Source: Euprymna scolopes (lineage: Eukaryota). Taken from it: DNA of 64,000 nt. Positions within the stretch are counted from its first letter, which is position 1. Every line of letters begins with the position of its first letter. Positions 50,292 through 64,000 of the stretch are shown piece by piece. The DNA lies in assembly GCA_053919585.1 (NCBI GenBank), contig CM132792.1, one strand, 5' to 3'. The position numbers and the translations under genes are program-made. Under the pieces are notes generated by a model. That model searched no databases. It saw only the letters and a list, made by a program, of their open reading frames with translations, and had not been told where the DNA came from.

Positions 50292-51712
50292 TCTCATGGC
50301 TGTTGTGCAGAAGAACAAACAGAAAGTGCGACCCGTTATGGATTACCGGGAGCTAAATAAGTATGTCGGCGTTCATACAGCCAACGCGGATGCTTGCTTA
50401 CAAAAATTGAGGGAATGGTGACAACAGGGATCAAACGTTGCAGTGTTGGATCTACGCCGAGCCCATTTGTAAGTATATGTTGACAAATCTCTGTGGTTGT
50501 TCCGAACAGTAGAGATCAACGGACAACGATATTGTCTCGCCCGCCTCGGATTTGAGCTTAACGTTACCCCTTTAATAATGTGGGCCATTGTCAATACCGT
50601 CCTCAGCCAGGATGAGACTATAAACACGGCTACATCTTCGCATATTGATGACATTTTTGTGAATGAAAGTATGTGTTCTACGGCCCGTGTCAAGGAACAT
50701 TTGGAGAAGTTTGATCTGGAAAGCAAGACCCCAGAACAGCTGAAACTGGGTTCACGCGTATTAGGATTACATATCCACGAGGAGCACGGAAAATTGTTAT
50801 GGCGACGTGGAAGTGACCTTCCAGCAGTGCCCGATAAACTTACTCGCTGAATTATATTTTCAGTGTGTGGGAAACTGACTGGTCATTTCCTGGCGTGTGG
50901 CTGGTTACGCGACGCCATAGTGTTTGTAAAACGAAGAACAAATATGGATGGGATGATGAAGTGTGAGACCCTATTCTAGCACGGAAGATCGAAGCCATTA
51001 TTTTAGAGCAGCCCAGGACGATCCAGTAAAAGGTGATTGGTGTGTCTGTGGAGAAGATGTTACAGTGTGGGTGGACGCTAGTTCCATTGTTACAGGCATG
51101 GTTGTGGAAAGCAATGGTTCCGTGGCAGAGGACGCAAGCTGGCTCCGAGAAGTGCATGAAGACAAACACATAAATTTAGCTGAGCTTGATGCTGTGCTGT
51201 GAGGCGTCAACCTTACATTACAGTGGAAAGCCAAAACCATACATCTACGAACGGATTCTGCCTGTGTATATCGGTGCATATGACACCTTGTCCGGACAGA
51301 CGAGAGTGCACACCAAAGCAGCCTCGGAAATGTTAATTAGGCGTCGCCTGTCCACGATCCGAGATTTGGCCTCTGAACATGCACTAACAATCGATGTAGG
51401 ACTCATTAAGTATCACGATAAGAGCTGACCAACTTACTCGAGTACCACAGCGGACAGCGCAGCGGTGGTTAAATGAGATCCGTAAAGCAACAAAACCCAG
51501 AGAACTTGTGTGTGCTGTGGCCACTAAACATGAACACGTGTCTCATATACAGACAATTCATCGGTCTAATGGACATCCCGGTGTGAAAAAGACATGATAC
51601 TTTGTTAAGTTAGTAAATCCAGTAATAACTGAAACTTAAGTGCGGTCGGTGATTGGGGATTGTAAAAATGCCAGTCATAGATTCAGCCCTGGTGCATTGG
51701 AAGCCAGGTAGC
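50292..51712 (+). pseudogene. LTR-retrotransposon pol fragment (RT, RNase H, integrase zinc finger), degenerate
   Basis: KVRPVMDYRELN, LDLRRAHL, HIDDIFV, WVDASS..HINLAELDAV and H..GHPGVK..C..C. Several stops and frameshifts. Confidence 0.88.
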
Positions 51713-51729
51713 ATAAATGGGGACGCTCT

Positions 51730-51930
51730 GATATTATTGTACCTATTTACTATGCCTCCCCACGGGACAGAGTTAGACACCAGGGTCGTTTTTTAACGTG
51801 GAGAAAAGGTACAAAAATAAAAATTGTCTCAGTCGTGAAGGATTTTTCCTCCACCGAAAGAGAACAAGAAAATGAAGTGCAGCATCTGAAGAACAGATAC
51901 TACACTTTGATCTTGACCAAAAGGCCAAGG
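51730..51930 (-). mobile_element. SINE-like 3' fragment (second copy at about 58030-58215)
   Basis: Both copies share GGACAGAGTTAGACA..TCG.TTTTTAA.GTG, TTC.CACCGA and GAACAGATACTA. Confidence 0.5.
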
Positions 51931-51949
51931 CTAAAAGCATTTATCTAAT

Positions 51950-52667
51950 CTAGCAGCGACACCCGGCATAGCCAGGACGTAAAATACGCTTACGTATGAT
52001 ATTTTAATTCTTGCAGATTTCGTATATATTATTACAGAGTTAATGTTCTATCGATTTTTTAATTATAAAGTTGCAATTTCAAAAATAAAAAATATATGCA
52101 TATGACTTGGGTGCATCAGTTTTAATCGAAACCGAAACCAAAACTTATGAAAATTATATATATATATATATAACTTGAGTTCCTTCAGCTATAATCGAAA
52201 CCGAAACCAAAACTTATGAAAAATTCTTGATAAAGTTATTTATATAAAAAAAAATATAGATTACTGGAGTGCTATAATCGAAAGCAAAACCAAAAATTAT
52301 GAAGAATTCTTGATAAAATTATTTTTAAAAAGCAGATTACTGTAGTACAATCAGCTATAATCGAAATCAAAACCAAAAGTTATGAAGAATTTTTTATATT
52401 ATTAGTTATAAAAAATATATTACTTAAGTGTCATAAGCTATAATCCAAACCGAAACCAAAATTTAAGAAGAATTCTTGGTAAAATTATTTGTAAAATAAT
52501 AAATGATTTGAGTGCCATCAACTATAATCGAAACCGAGACCAACACTTTTGAAGAATTCTTAGTAAAATTATTTTATTACAAGAAATGGAGATCCATAAC
52601 TATTAAACGACTTGGATGCAAGCGTGACACAGAAAATAAATAAAGAACACACACGCTATTGTATTTA
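51950..52667 (-). mobile_element. Non-autonomous Helitron with internal 70-84 bp tandem array (6 units)
   Basis: CTAG at 51950; repeated TAATCGAAACCGAAACCAAAACTTATGAAG. Confidence 0.8.
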
Positions 52668-53659
52668 TCTATCTATACTCCTATAAATTCGTTTTTCTTT
52701 TGTATGTATTGATATTCATATTAAAAAAAAACCCTTTTCTATTTAGTTAAAAAAAAAATACAATTGTCTTATATATGAGTTGTGGAATTGCATTCACTAG
52801 CAAAAGATCTAGCTAATTTGCATATTCTTTTAAACATTCATTTTAATTAATTCCCTATTAGTTGCTTCCGTTTTCATCTTTAGTTAACTATTACGTGCAA
52901 TTATATTCATGCAGATATTCTACATGATTTATACTTGTATAATATTTGTGTAAAAAGTGTATAGTAAACACAAAATTGTTTCCATATATATTTATGTATT
53001 CGTATATATTTTTGTTTAACAAAATTTGCCTACCAAACTCCTCCTAGAGTTTTTGGTCTACAGGCATGAAACTGTTAAATATAAGGTATTTGAATCCATG
53101 CAAAACTTTATATTTGGGTTTTAGCCCGGAAAAATCGGCGAAAAAGTGTGAAAATTAAAAAAAAATGAAATTTGCCAGGTGAAGGTCGAACGTCGGCATT
53201 ACGAATGCATAATGTAGTAGCTACTGGTTCATGTTTTAATTTTTAGCCTTGCAGTAAACATGTTTTCATAGCCCGGTCATTGACGGCAGAGGTAAAATAA
53301 ATCGTGAGCTGAACGTTTTGGTTTCGATTCTCGGTGGTGACGCATGAGTCATTTTTTATTCTTTTAAAATCATTANNNNNNNNNNNNNNNNNNNNNNNNN
53401 NNNNNNNNNNNNNNNNNNNNNNNNNNNNNNNNNNNNNNNNNNNNNNNNNNNNNNNNNNNNNNNNNNNNNNNNNNNNNNNNNNNNNNNNNNNNNNNNNNNN
53501 NNNNNGTCTTTTCTCTCTGGTAGTCTTATTATACTATTATTATATAGACTATTTACAGAAAGGCATTACTTTACATATTCACACTTTTTAATATATACAT
53601 ATGCACATGACCTTATGAACAGTACATAGGGCCCGAGTAAAGCCGGGTGGAACTGCTAG
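52668..53659 (+). mobile_element. Non-autonomous Helitron (different family)
   Basis: TCTAT start; ends CCCGAGTAAAGCCGGG hairpin plus CTAG|T; contains an N gap. Confidence 0.65.
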
Positions 53660-54295
53660 TATATAGATAATAATAAGAGAAAACGTTCTTTTAGTTTAAA
53701 AAAACGAATTCAAAAGGTTTTGCTAGTCTTGAGAAAGTTTTGATTTCACGGATTGAAAGACATGCTCTCAGTGGAACCGCTGATTCCTTCTGAGACTCGA
53801 TCGCATCTAAACTAAACGAATATTCAAGTGGGAGACAGCTGAATGCATTATTTCACGTAATTGAATAGAAAGCCAAAAGAAAGGCGCATTTCTTTCTTCG
53901 TGAAGCAAAAGGATGAAGAAAGAAATTTCGATGGCAAAATTTGATGCATATTTTAAATCCAGGAAAGTGAAGAACTGTCCAAAAAACTATAATACCAAGT
54001 CTCATATTAAATTGAGAACATTAGAACTTACCAGAACATTTTTTGGAGTAAAATTGCTAATGCCTGATCAAACTTTTAATGCAATAAAGGTTGTAGCTTT
54101 TAAATAAAATTGCAAGTAAAAAATTTTCAAGAAAAACTTTATGAAGAAAACAGAATACTAACAGAAATATTATAAAATGACATGACTTCTTTTATAAGGT
54201 TGTGCACTAGTTCTTCCATGCTCACTGACTGACATATAATTTTCTCTATTACAAGAAAATAACCGAGTCTTTTATCGACATGTAAATTGTTGGCT

Positions 54296-54678
54296 ATTGG
54301 ATAATGACGTCTCATCCTTTCCTTCTCTTCTTTTCCAATACTGTTCTTTTCCAGTACTATTTAAACTGAAGAAATAACAGCAGAAGTTTGTCATGGATGC
54401 TCCCTTTTTTTGTTCTACAGCTTACAGCTGTCAGTGACGTCATATTCTAACACATAGTGCTAACTCTATTTTTTTAATTCTTATGGAAATCCTCACTCAT
54501 CTGCTTAATTCACAGGATCAACTATGTTTGGAAAATTATATTTTTAGCAGTAATAAATATTGGTATTTATTTCCTCTGGTGAAGAGCAACGCTAGTGTGA
54601 TTGTTTGGTCTCACAATTACCCATCAGACTCTAGGGCGTAATAATTTTAACTGGCCCTTTTAAGGACACTTGAAGACA
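54296..54678 (+). repeat. Local duplication; second, internally deleted copy at 56056-56261
   Basis: Both copies have ATTGGATAATGAC.TCTCATCCTT and TTAATTCAC...GGACACTTGAAGACA. Confidence 0.88.
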
Positions 54679-56879
54679 TACTATTCTCAAAAAAAACTTT
54701 GTGTATGCTATGTAAATATATTTACATATATTGTTGTTCATAAAAGAGCTTTATTTCCCTTTCATTGGCAATGTGAATATTATCTCCTATAGGTTCAAAG
54801 GATTTAAAGAATTACATTTACAAGCATGTGTATTGAAAAGGGCAATATGAAAAGTACTGACAAGTCTATTCATATATTTGTTTACGTCAGCATTAACAAC
54901 CAAAAGTAAAGAATTAAGAGAATAGTTAAGAAATACTCAAAGGATTAAAAGGAAAAAAAGTGTTGCTTTGTTCGTATTTGTGTGGATTTTTTGTAAGTTA
55001 GTCTGTGAAACTATGTCTAAGTTCTTGCTATATTTTAGTAGTCAATGACTGTGAGCTATGTTGTTTACAAGATGTCTGAAGGCAATGGTTTATAATCAGA
55101 AATTTTTTGTCTACAAAAAGTATGTGTATGATGTGAATGACAAGGGTTCGTGTGACAAGTTGAGTCTCTTATTTGTGAAGGCATTTGGTTATTCACTGAT
55201 ATAATTATTATGAGCTAGTGTCTAGCTCCTGCAGTACACTCTTTCTGATTGGTTGAAGTTTGATCAGGGCAACCAATTGTAGTTCAGTATTTTGATAGAA
55301 TAGCCGATAAGTATTAAGTATTTCAATCAAATAAACATTGAATATTTCAGAGATCGTTTCTCTGGTATTGTTGTTGTCTTTTGAAAGAGGGGTTCCGATA
55401 GATATATCTGATTATTGATTACATTCATAATACCATTTGCAAAAGCATTAGAGACTGTTAAAGGGTATGGAATGACAGAAGCAGAACTGCAAACACAGAA
55501 AAACTGAGATAAATAATTGGCATATTTAACATCAAAGATTGGGGGGGGGGTTAACTTTATCCAAAAAAGATAAAAGCCATAATGAAACTAGAAAGCTGTT
55601 GCTTAGGTCCCTGCAAAAAATAGTTGGTCTATTCTATTGCTCTAAAACGTACCTGATACTTGGTAGTATCACTACCACAAGTGTGGCAGTTCCACTCAAA
55701 GTAGTCGTTCTTGCCATGACAGAAAATCAACTTCACAATCAAGCGTGGATGACCTCTTCACTTCTTTACAGCTTCTTTCTCATGGAAATGACTTTGCGTG
55801 TCTTCCTCCACTCATTCTTTTCATGATGAGGGCACTGAAAAACATTCACAGGATGAATTCAACTTCTTTCCTTTCTCTTTTATGTATTTAAACTAAAGTT
55901 TTCATGAAAATATTTCTTTCTTAGAACCTCTCTACTGCAGAACATATTGCCACAAAAATGCTTCCTGGCAGAATACAAGATGGTCGCCTTCAAGTTCAAC
56001 AGCACCTGATACTTGCCGAATAGTCTTCGTAAGTAATCAAATCCGACTCACAAGAATTGGATAATGACATCTCATCCTTGGAAAATTATATTTAATTCAC
56101 AAGATCAACCATGTTTGGAAAATTATATCTTTAGCAGTAATAAATATGGGTATTAATTTCCTCTGGTGAAGAGCAACGCTAGTGTGATTGTTTGGTCTCA
56201 CTCACATCAGACTCTAAGGCATAATAATTTTGACTGACCCTTTTAAGGACACTTGAAGACAAAACATGCCTGAAACTATCAATCATTACACCCGGCATCG
56301 AAATACAATTGACTTATGCTTTAACATGTCTAATCAATTATCATAAATTCTGACACAAAGAGAAAGGTTAAGCTCTGACCTCAGGATTATATTTTAGGTA
56401 TAAACGCTTATCATCCAAGAAAGTAATTAATTAAAACAGATCTTGCTTTTTTTAGACCAGTACAGAAGCAGATTTTGTGGAACATAATATCTCTAAGCTC
56501 AAATGCTTGGCGATTTTCTAGATGAGTGATAATTTGAATTATTTCGATTATTTCTACTATTAGTGTCACCTTAATATCGGCGGAGGTAACATCCAACCAT
56601 CTTCAAGTGCATCTTTTCAAACTTGAGAATCTTTATGACAAAGTCATGAACCGATACAGAATTTCAAACTGAACTCTTTACCTACTCCACAAAAGTATAT
56701 TATTCCAGTTCTGTCAGCCATGACTGAGTATAAATGTTGATTAACTATGTTATTTTTAGAGCAGTTTAAAGAAGTTAGAGATTACACTGGCCAAAGCTTA
56801 TGAAAATAAAAACGAAATTTAGAATGATAGTCTGAAATATCTAAATAATACAGACTCAAGTGGTTTATATTTTGTGATG

Positions 56880-57830
56880 ATTGTATTTGAGAATTCTAAT
56901 CAAACTCTCTCCGTGTGATCTGTTAGCTAACATATATCGGCCAAACTACATACCAGCTTACATCGCAGCCACAAGTCAACCTGTCATACTAAGATGTGTC
57001 TTCAGAATTTATCTGATCAAAGAGTACTTTCCACAGTTGAGTTTCACAGGAAAGTGTGTTATTCTCAACTCTTTTCAACTAAAATTACATTGATATCGCT
57101 ATCTAGAACTAACTGCAAGTAGCAGCTGAGTATAGACCTGGCTTGTGGTGATGATATACTGTTGGATCAACTGGAGGCAAGACATAGGTATGCATATCAA
57201 CACATCAAAGATTAAAATTCTCTCTTCTGTGATCTAGCTTTGGAGATATTTGTTTCTAAATTCTGTTGTTTTGGATAACATGGAATTATTCATGCAGCTT
57301 GGATTTACCATTCTTCTGTGTGGACAAGAGAGTCTAAAAATCGATCATATAGTTGGGTCACTGGTTATGGCTTTATGCTCTCCAACAATCCTTGTGAAGG
57401 TATCGAGAGATTTTACTATAAAATGGTTATAAGATATCGCCAATAACAGTGATCAATTGACGGATGTTGGAAGTTTTTAATATTTTTCATTGCTTGTATG
57501 ATGTCATATTTCAACTGCTGTCCTTTGCCAATACCTCACTCTGAAATTTCTGCTATGCATATTGTTGTAGCAGCCTCTAGTTTGGGTATTCAGCTCATGA
57601 GACAGAGTGGAGAATTAATGCAAGACTTAATTCTCTGTCTAGATTGCACAAAAGTATCAGAAGTTGTGAACCTGGGTAGACAACCATTAAAAAATTTGGT
57701 TAAGATCTCAGGTTCTTGACAGTGAAATAACAATTCCATGAGAACTTACTCATAACCACTGTGCAGGGTCACTATCATTCAGGATATGATGCAGGTTAGG
57801 GGAGAAGCCAGTGTAACCTGAGCAAGTTGA
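56880..57830 (+). mobile_element. Highly degenerate RTE-like RT remnant
   Basis: IGMHINTSKIKIL and LNSVVLDNMELFMQLGFTI resemble RTE GLxINxxKTK and LExVxxFxYLGSxI. Confidence 0.45.
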
Positions 57831-59947
57831 ACATCATTGCAAAAGAGCAGAAAAAAATCCAACCAATATTTGTTTAAAAAAAAAAGAGTTTGAGATCATC
57901 CACTGTAAAACATTTTTAGTAATGTAAAACAAAATTGATTGCTGTGAAGCAGTAAATTGGAAAAAATAATTTTAATTTTGGAATTCATGAAGTTTAAATT
58001 GATTGCTGCTACTATTCATTATTGTTTCAGTTAACTTAGCTCCTCATGAGGACAGAGTTAGACATAAGATCGGTTTTTAATGTGATAAAAATCTCTGGAT
58101 TGGATGAGAATAAAAACTTCTTTAGGTCAGTTTAGAAGAATTTCTTCTTCACCGAGGACAGAAAAGCTTAAGTATAGTATGGAACAGATACTATATTTTG
58201 CTCTTAGCCCAAAAATCAATCAAAAACTTGACATATGTTTTATTCAATCCAATAGACTAGCATAGGAAGGAGATTACGGAAACTGAGACAAAGCAAACAA
58301 GTAATCGTTTATTGGAGAAAATGAAATTGGTAGCTAGGCTACAAAATGTTAAATATATATAAATGAAAGTTCACACTGTGTAGTGTTACTGAATTAGGTT
58401 ATCATTGCTACTCAAACTAAAAATCCTTACTTTATAAATAGATTTTTTTTTCAATTAATATTCTCTGTACTGTCACTGAAAACATTCAGTTTTACTGTAA
58501 CTCAATGTTCAATGTATTTATAAGCATCATTATTCGGTTGATAACCAGTTTCCTAAAACAGCAACTGTCCAAACTTGGAAAGTCCTTCATTATCTTTCTT
58601 AGGACGCTGACTTCAAAAAAAAAAAATATCTGCCACTCAGTTTATTTTTTTACTCTGCTTTCTCAAAATGCAATTTTCAATCATAAATTAGTTACAATTA
58701 CTTTCTTGATTGCCTAAAAATAAAATCTATGCCTCAAATAATCAAGACTTATTTAATCCCATTAATCATCCTTAACCATCTAATGAGGTTCTCTACTTTT
58801 TAACTAGCTATTATCACATCTCATTAAATCTGATCCTTGAATGCCCTTGATAATCTGTGGCCTTCGACCTTGATAATCTGTAAGATTCAACAAAAAAAAT
58901 AATTTTCTAAAACAATATTTGTCCAAAGAATTCAGCCTTGGAAATTTTCTCATCACTTATTTTTTTCAATATACTGACTTTGCAAAAGAATTATATGCCC
59001 ACCAATTTGTTTATTTTTTTTTTTAATAATCAACTTCCTTAAAAAACAGCTACTTAATTTCAATCCTAAATGATTTATGACTTTTAACAAATCTATTCTT
59101 ATTGATCACTTTATCTTTTCTTCAAGCCATAAATTTTGTGACAATTCTTATGCAAATATAGATACTTCCTTATTTCTTAGCTATTTCTGAAGTTGTTAAA
59201 GGCATATTTCAACTTCACCCTTCAACTCCTTAACTCTGCCAATCAATATCACTAAATATAAATTTAGGATTAGCACTGTTTATCTTCTATAAATATGTAA
59301 GAGTTAATCCCCTTTTGTTGTGTAGTCTGTATTAAACCCCTAACAGGGCATTCATTTTCAGCACTTCCTTTTATAGTATTAATTAATGAGACTTAACCTC
59401 AATTACATCGCATGAATAAAACTAATTGACCTTTTTGTTCATTTTTTTTTAAATTAAAATGGTAAAAATTCAGTTTCAAATTTTGTAACAATAGTTTTTT
59501 TAGCAATCAAATGATAAATATTTCCTAAATTTCAGTGTTTTGGGGGTATTTCAAGAGATTTTAGGGGACACAAGTTATGAACAAAATCACTCATTTGATA
59601 ATTCAAATATTTAAGATTTGCATTAAATTTGATCCATGGTTATTAGACACCAATTAAACAAGATTCTCTAAATTTTACTTCTTTAAGACCCCATAAGTTT
59701 TAATTTTAGACATTTTTTAGAATCAAAATTATGTAATGGACTTTAATAAAAGTTGAAATAAGGATTCTAAACATGAGATTTTGTAGCATTATATATTGAT
59801 TTTAATATGTGTTAGGGGTCAAAGAATGTGCAAAAACTTTCTGTTTGGGGGGAAAAAATTATCTCTTTTAGGATGTATATTCATTATAAAACATGAGCAT
59901 TTGATTAAATTTTTAATAGTAATTAACATTTGAATCCCCTTTTTTTA

Positions 59948-60097
59948 GGTTTTGGGTTTGAGCACAAATAGAGCAGAATATGTTCTAGAATACTCACAGA
60001 ATGATTGGAAAATGTACACATTTCATAATCAGGATTGTGGAATCGATAGTTCAAACAATGCTTTCACTCCTACTTAAAAAAATCTTCCATTAGTAAT
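59948..60097 (+). repeat. Dispersed repeat of about 150 bp (second copy 61757-61904)
   Basis: CAAATAGAGCAG..TGTTCTAGAATACT..AAAATGTACACATTT occurs at both loci. Confidence 0.85.
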
Positions 60098-60113
60098 CTA
60101 TTATATAATAAAA

Positions 60114-60423
60114 CTAGCCTGGATGCTCAGCATTTCCCGGGTGTTTGGAGGTGAATGTTAAAAAAAAAAAAGTGGTAGTAGGCAGGAGGGGATGACTTTC
60201 GAAAATATCGGCAAAAAAAGCGAACCCTCTTTGTAGAAAAGTGTCCAGTTGAGGGTGAAGGAATTATTATTTTGGGCCAATTTTTTGTTATTTGTCATCC
60301 GAAGGGTCAAGCTTCAAAATTATACCGATCTTGTGAAAATCCATTGTCTCTGTCAAAAGTTTTAGGCAGATATACCAACATACATATGTTTAAACAGACA
60401 GGTGAGATTTATATTATAAATGA
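60114..60423 (-). mobile_element. Internally deleted Helitron copy (family of 47009-47474)
   Basis: Colinear ends; several CpG-to-TpG/CpA differences relative to the 47 kb copy. Confidence 0.75.
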
Positions 60424-62992
60424 TTGCAGAAATTTCCTTCTGGACCAAAATACTGCAGGTTTTCAACAACATATGCCACATAGAAATTTATTATGTCTGC
60501 ATTATTAGCCACTATCTAATGTAACTTTAGAATGCCATTTTAGACACATTTGAAGAATTTAGCTATAGAGTCAGGGGCGGGGGCGAATTACCTTAAATAC
60601 CCATATAATATGTACATATATTTTCTGAAACATTAAAATACACTTGTGGGTGAAAAAATCCATATAATTTAGTTTCACTGGTAGTTCAAAACACATAAAA
60701 ATTTATTATTGTTTTATTAATAGTAACAGCAATGGAAAATAAAGTTTTAAACAAAGATATAAATGAAACTAAAGAATCGTTTTTGTCATCAGAAAATTGG
60801 CACAAAGTTTTCTAATACCCCTAAACATTATTTTTTTGGTTCTCAATTCTGATTAATTGTCCCAACATTCTGAGTGAATGTTGCTCAAGTAATGATAGGA
60901 GACAGATCCAATTAGTTTGAGTTGGTGCATCACTTGGGAGAGTACATGTTCCTTTATGCGGATATAACTTAGACTTAACTAATTCCCTGTTGTTTTTATG
61001 CAATGTTCCATGGAACCACTCTAGATCAGTAAGACCACCGTCACGAATACATAATTCCCAAGTTGAAAGTGAAAGGGTTGTTGATTGCTCACCCAGTCCA
61101 AGGAATTGTCAGATTATGTATGAGAAAGCTATGAGAATATATAAAAGAAAAATGTTACTTTGTACAATTCCTGTTCTGTGAGGAATGAATATTAGACTTG
61201 GTGGACACATATGTGCCTAGGGCAAACTAGGCACATCATCCTGAGCTGTCACCCTTATATTGTTTTAGATTAAGGAATTTTAAAATGGTAGAATTATAGA
61301 AAACAAATCTGGAGGGTTCCTGCAGAATATATTTGGGATGTTAAGAAATTTTTTAATTGTAGAATTATGGGAAACGTTTTTGGAGAGCTCCTGCACACCA
61401 GACAATCTCTTTTGGCTCTTTCCAGGTCCACAATGCAAAGAACTGATTCAAAAATAAATGGGAAATAAATAAGAGATCAATTTAAGAAGAGTTATGTAAA
61501 TTTCATATCAAGTAAAAGACTCATGTCACAAGTATTTATTGTATCAATGGCTTTATTGAGTTATGATTGTTTCATGTTAGGAAAACATCAAATCTAGTTG
61601 TAGGATTAATAGTCATAAATTACATAGGAGATAAAAATGTATTTGTTTTGCAATACTGTTTACAGTTTAAATAAGAAAAAATATAAATATGAAACAATAA
61701 AAAAAAGTACATACAAATAACATTTGAATCGTCTTCTATTTTTTTTTTTTTTTTAGTTTTTTGGATTTCAGTACAAATAGAGCAGGATCTGTTCTAGAAT
61801 ACTAGCAGAATGATTAGAAAATGTACACATTTTATAATCAGGATCGTGGAGGCAATAGTTCAAACAATGGTTTGACTCCTACTTGAAAAATCCTCTATTA
61901 GTAATAATTTAGGTGCTTCTATAATATAACAAAAAATATTGAATTTCAAGTAAAACAAATGGTTTCTACATAATTGTCATGTTGCAAATAGTAATTTATT
62001 AAAAAATTATGGAAAATGATAAGGTAGAAAAATAATTAGTCATAAAAAAAGACATTTGTAAAATCGAACGATTTGGTTTTAAAATCTACCGATTTGAATT
62101 GGAGAGTTAACAGGGGAGGTAATTAATTTTTAAATTTTACACAAATTCAATCAGTTATTTTTTTCATAAAAAAATTAAAACTTCAAACAGAAGAAGTTAT
62201 TTTTTAAAAATTCACAAATTATGCATATATGTTATGTTTATTTTTGTTTTCTGAATAAATTCTGTCCGCTACACATTGTTTCAACTGAGTTATATTCCTT
62301 TTTCCTTACATTCTGTGGCCCAATACATCCGACCCAGCATGTAACCTGATCAGAACTGTTTTTCATGAATAATTATTTTCCTACCTCATCATTTTCTGTC
62401 ATTTTTGGATAGGTTAATATTTGCGGCATAACAATTACGTAGGTACCATTTGTTTAACTCAGCATTCAGTATTTTTTTCATTATTATAATATAGAAACAT
62501 CATAATCTATATTAAGTTAGATATGTATATATATTTGTTTCCATGCACTGAATTAATCCTAAAATTAATCATTATAAATTTTGGAAAACAGCTGCTAGGC
62601 ATACAAGTGGGTAATGTTGGTTATATTTAGTTTAGGTTTAGGCAAGAGGGCAATGTAAAGGTGAACACCCTTCATGAAAATTCAAATACCTCTGAGTTGT
62701 ATGCAATAATAAAAAAAATTAAAGTTTTAGAAAACTTAAAATAAAGGTATTAGATATCAATTAATAAATGTTCTTTAAATTTTAATTTCTTTAGGGAAGT
62801 TTAAAAGGTTTTAGAGGACATAATATGGCACAATCTCCTTTTTTAAAATAAACATATTTCTGATTTGCATTAAATTTGATCAATAGACACTGAATACGAA
62901 TTAAGCAGGATTCCATGAATTTCAATTTCTTTTCAAAACCTTTTAAGCTTTAAGCCTTAAATTATAGACAATTGCTAAAATCAAAATCATAA

Positions 62993-63316
62993 TCTATTAA
63001 TATGATAGCATGTGTGTGTTATTTTTTGTGTCACATTTACATCCAGGTCGTTTAATTTCTATGTACTTCCATTTATTGTAATAAATAATTTTACCAAGAA
63101 TTCATCATAAGTTTTGGTTTCGGTTTCGATTATAGCTAATGGCACTCCAATAATCTATTTTTTTTTTTTAAATAATTTTATCAAGAATTCTTCAGAAGTC
63201 TTGGTTTCAGTTTCGATTTTAGCTGATAGCACCTTAATAATCTATTTTTTTTATAAATAATTTTATCAAAAATTCTCCATAAATTTTGGTTTCGGTTTTG
63301 ATTATAGCTGAAGGAA

Positions 63317-63362
<46 letters not shown>

Positions 63363-63693
63363 TCAATTTGGGATTCGGTTTCAATTCAAGCTAATGAACC
63401 GAAGACATGTTTTATTTTTGAAATCGCAACTTTATAATATATAAAAAATCAATAGAAGATTAACTCTATAATAATAATATATACGAAATCTGCAAGAATT
63501 AAAATATCATATTTAAGCATATTTTATAACCTGGCGACGCCAGGCATCTCTGCTAGCTTGGATAAATACTTTTGCAGTTTTAACAAAACAGCTACAATAA
63601 TATCAGAGCATCTCTATTTACACTGAATATCTACAGAATGCCAACATTACATATGAATTCGTCCCACTGTGGAATTTCCACAGGTCTCTATAG
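62993..63693 (+). mobile_element. Non-autonomous Helitron with tandem array and two 3' termini
   Basis: TCTATTAATATGATAGC start; CTAG at 63553; second hairpin CTGTGGAATTTCCACAG plus ATAG at about 63690. Confidence 0.78.
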
Positions 63694-64000
63694 TTCGAAA
63701 TTAAAATGATTGTGATTAAAATTAGAATAAAGATTCTAACTATAAGGTTTAGCAGCATTAAATGTTGGTTTTAATTTTCATAAGGGGTCATAAAAGTGGA
63801 GCGAAAAATGTTTTCTTATGGCAAATTCAGTTTACTCTTCCTAAGACAGGTATTCTTCTAGTTTACTTTATATGATTTATATTATTTGAATTGTGATGAG
63901 AACGAGGCTTGTGAATTCAGTGCTGTTTAATAGAAATAAAATCCAAAGAATGCAATGAAAAAAATTTGACACATGATGAAAAAAATAACAGAATCATTGT

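Noticed and set aside
52120-52575. CRISPR-like repeat/spacer appearance
   Set aside because: The spacers resemble each other, the context is a eukaryotic Helitron, and no cas genes are present.
55650-55830. Minus-strand RGHPR..CHTCG remnant with donor GTACGT
   Set aside because: Interrupted by stops and too short to assign; possibly a decayed transposon exon.
58300-59330. Possible very old LINE RT remnant on the minus strand
   Set aside because: Too degenerate to support by eye.

Overview
AT-rich invertebrate (metazoan) genomic DNA with five N-gaps and many microsatellites. I could not identify an intact host gene. The window is almost entirely transposable-element debris: CR1-group (Daphne/BMC1-like) LINEs, RTE LINEs including one 5'-inverted copy, Tc1, pogo/Tigger and maT transposase pseudogenes, Gypsy-type pol fragments, many non-autonomous Helitrons, hAT MITEs and a 5S-derived SINE. 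The most interesting signal is a set of non-coding insertions with Penelope-like architecture: an inverted partial copy of the 3' tail placed at the 5' end, usually with a minimal type-I hammerhead ribozyme motif. Three of them (8.2, 17.3 and 40.7 kb) begin with a tRNA-like Pol III head, and two of those have clean 11-12 bp target-site duplications (TSDs). They are candidate SINEs mobilised by Penelope-like elements. A separate insertion carries a U3-A8 hammerhead core variant. Also notable are TGTTA...TAACA elements built from two convergent LTR-like halves, a highly structured GC-rich tandem retroposon, and a CpG-depleted domain starting near 54 kb. All coordinates were read by eye, so boundaries of degenerate elements are approximate.
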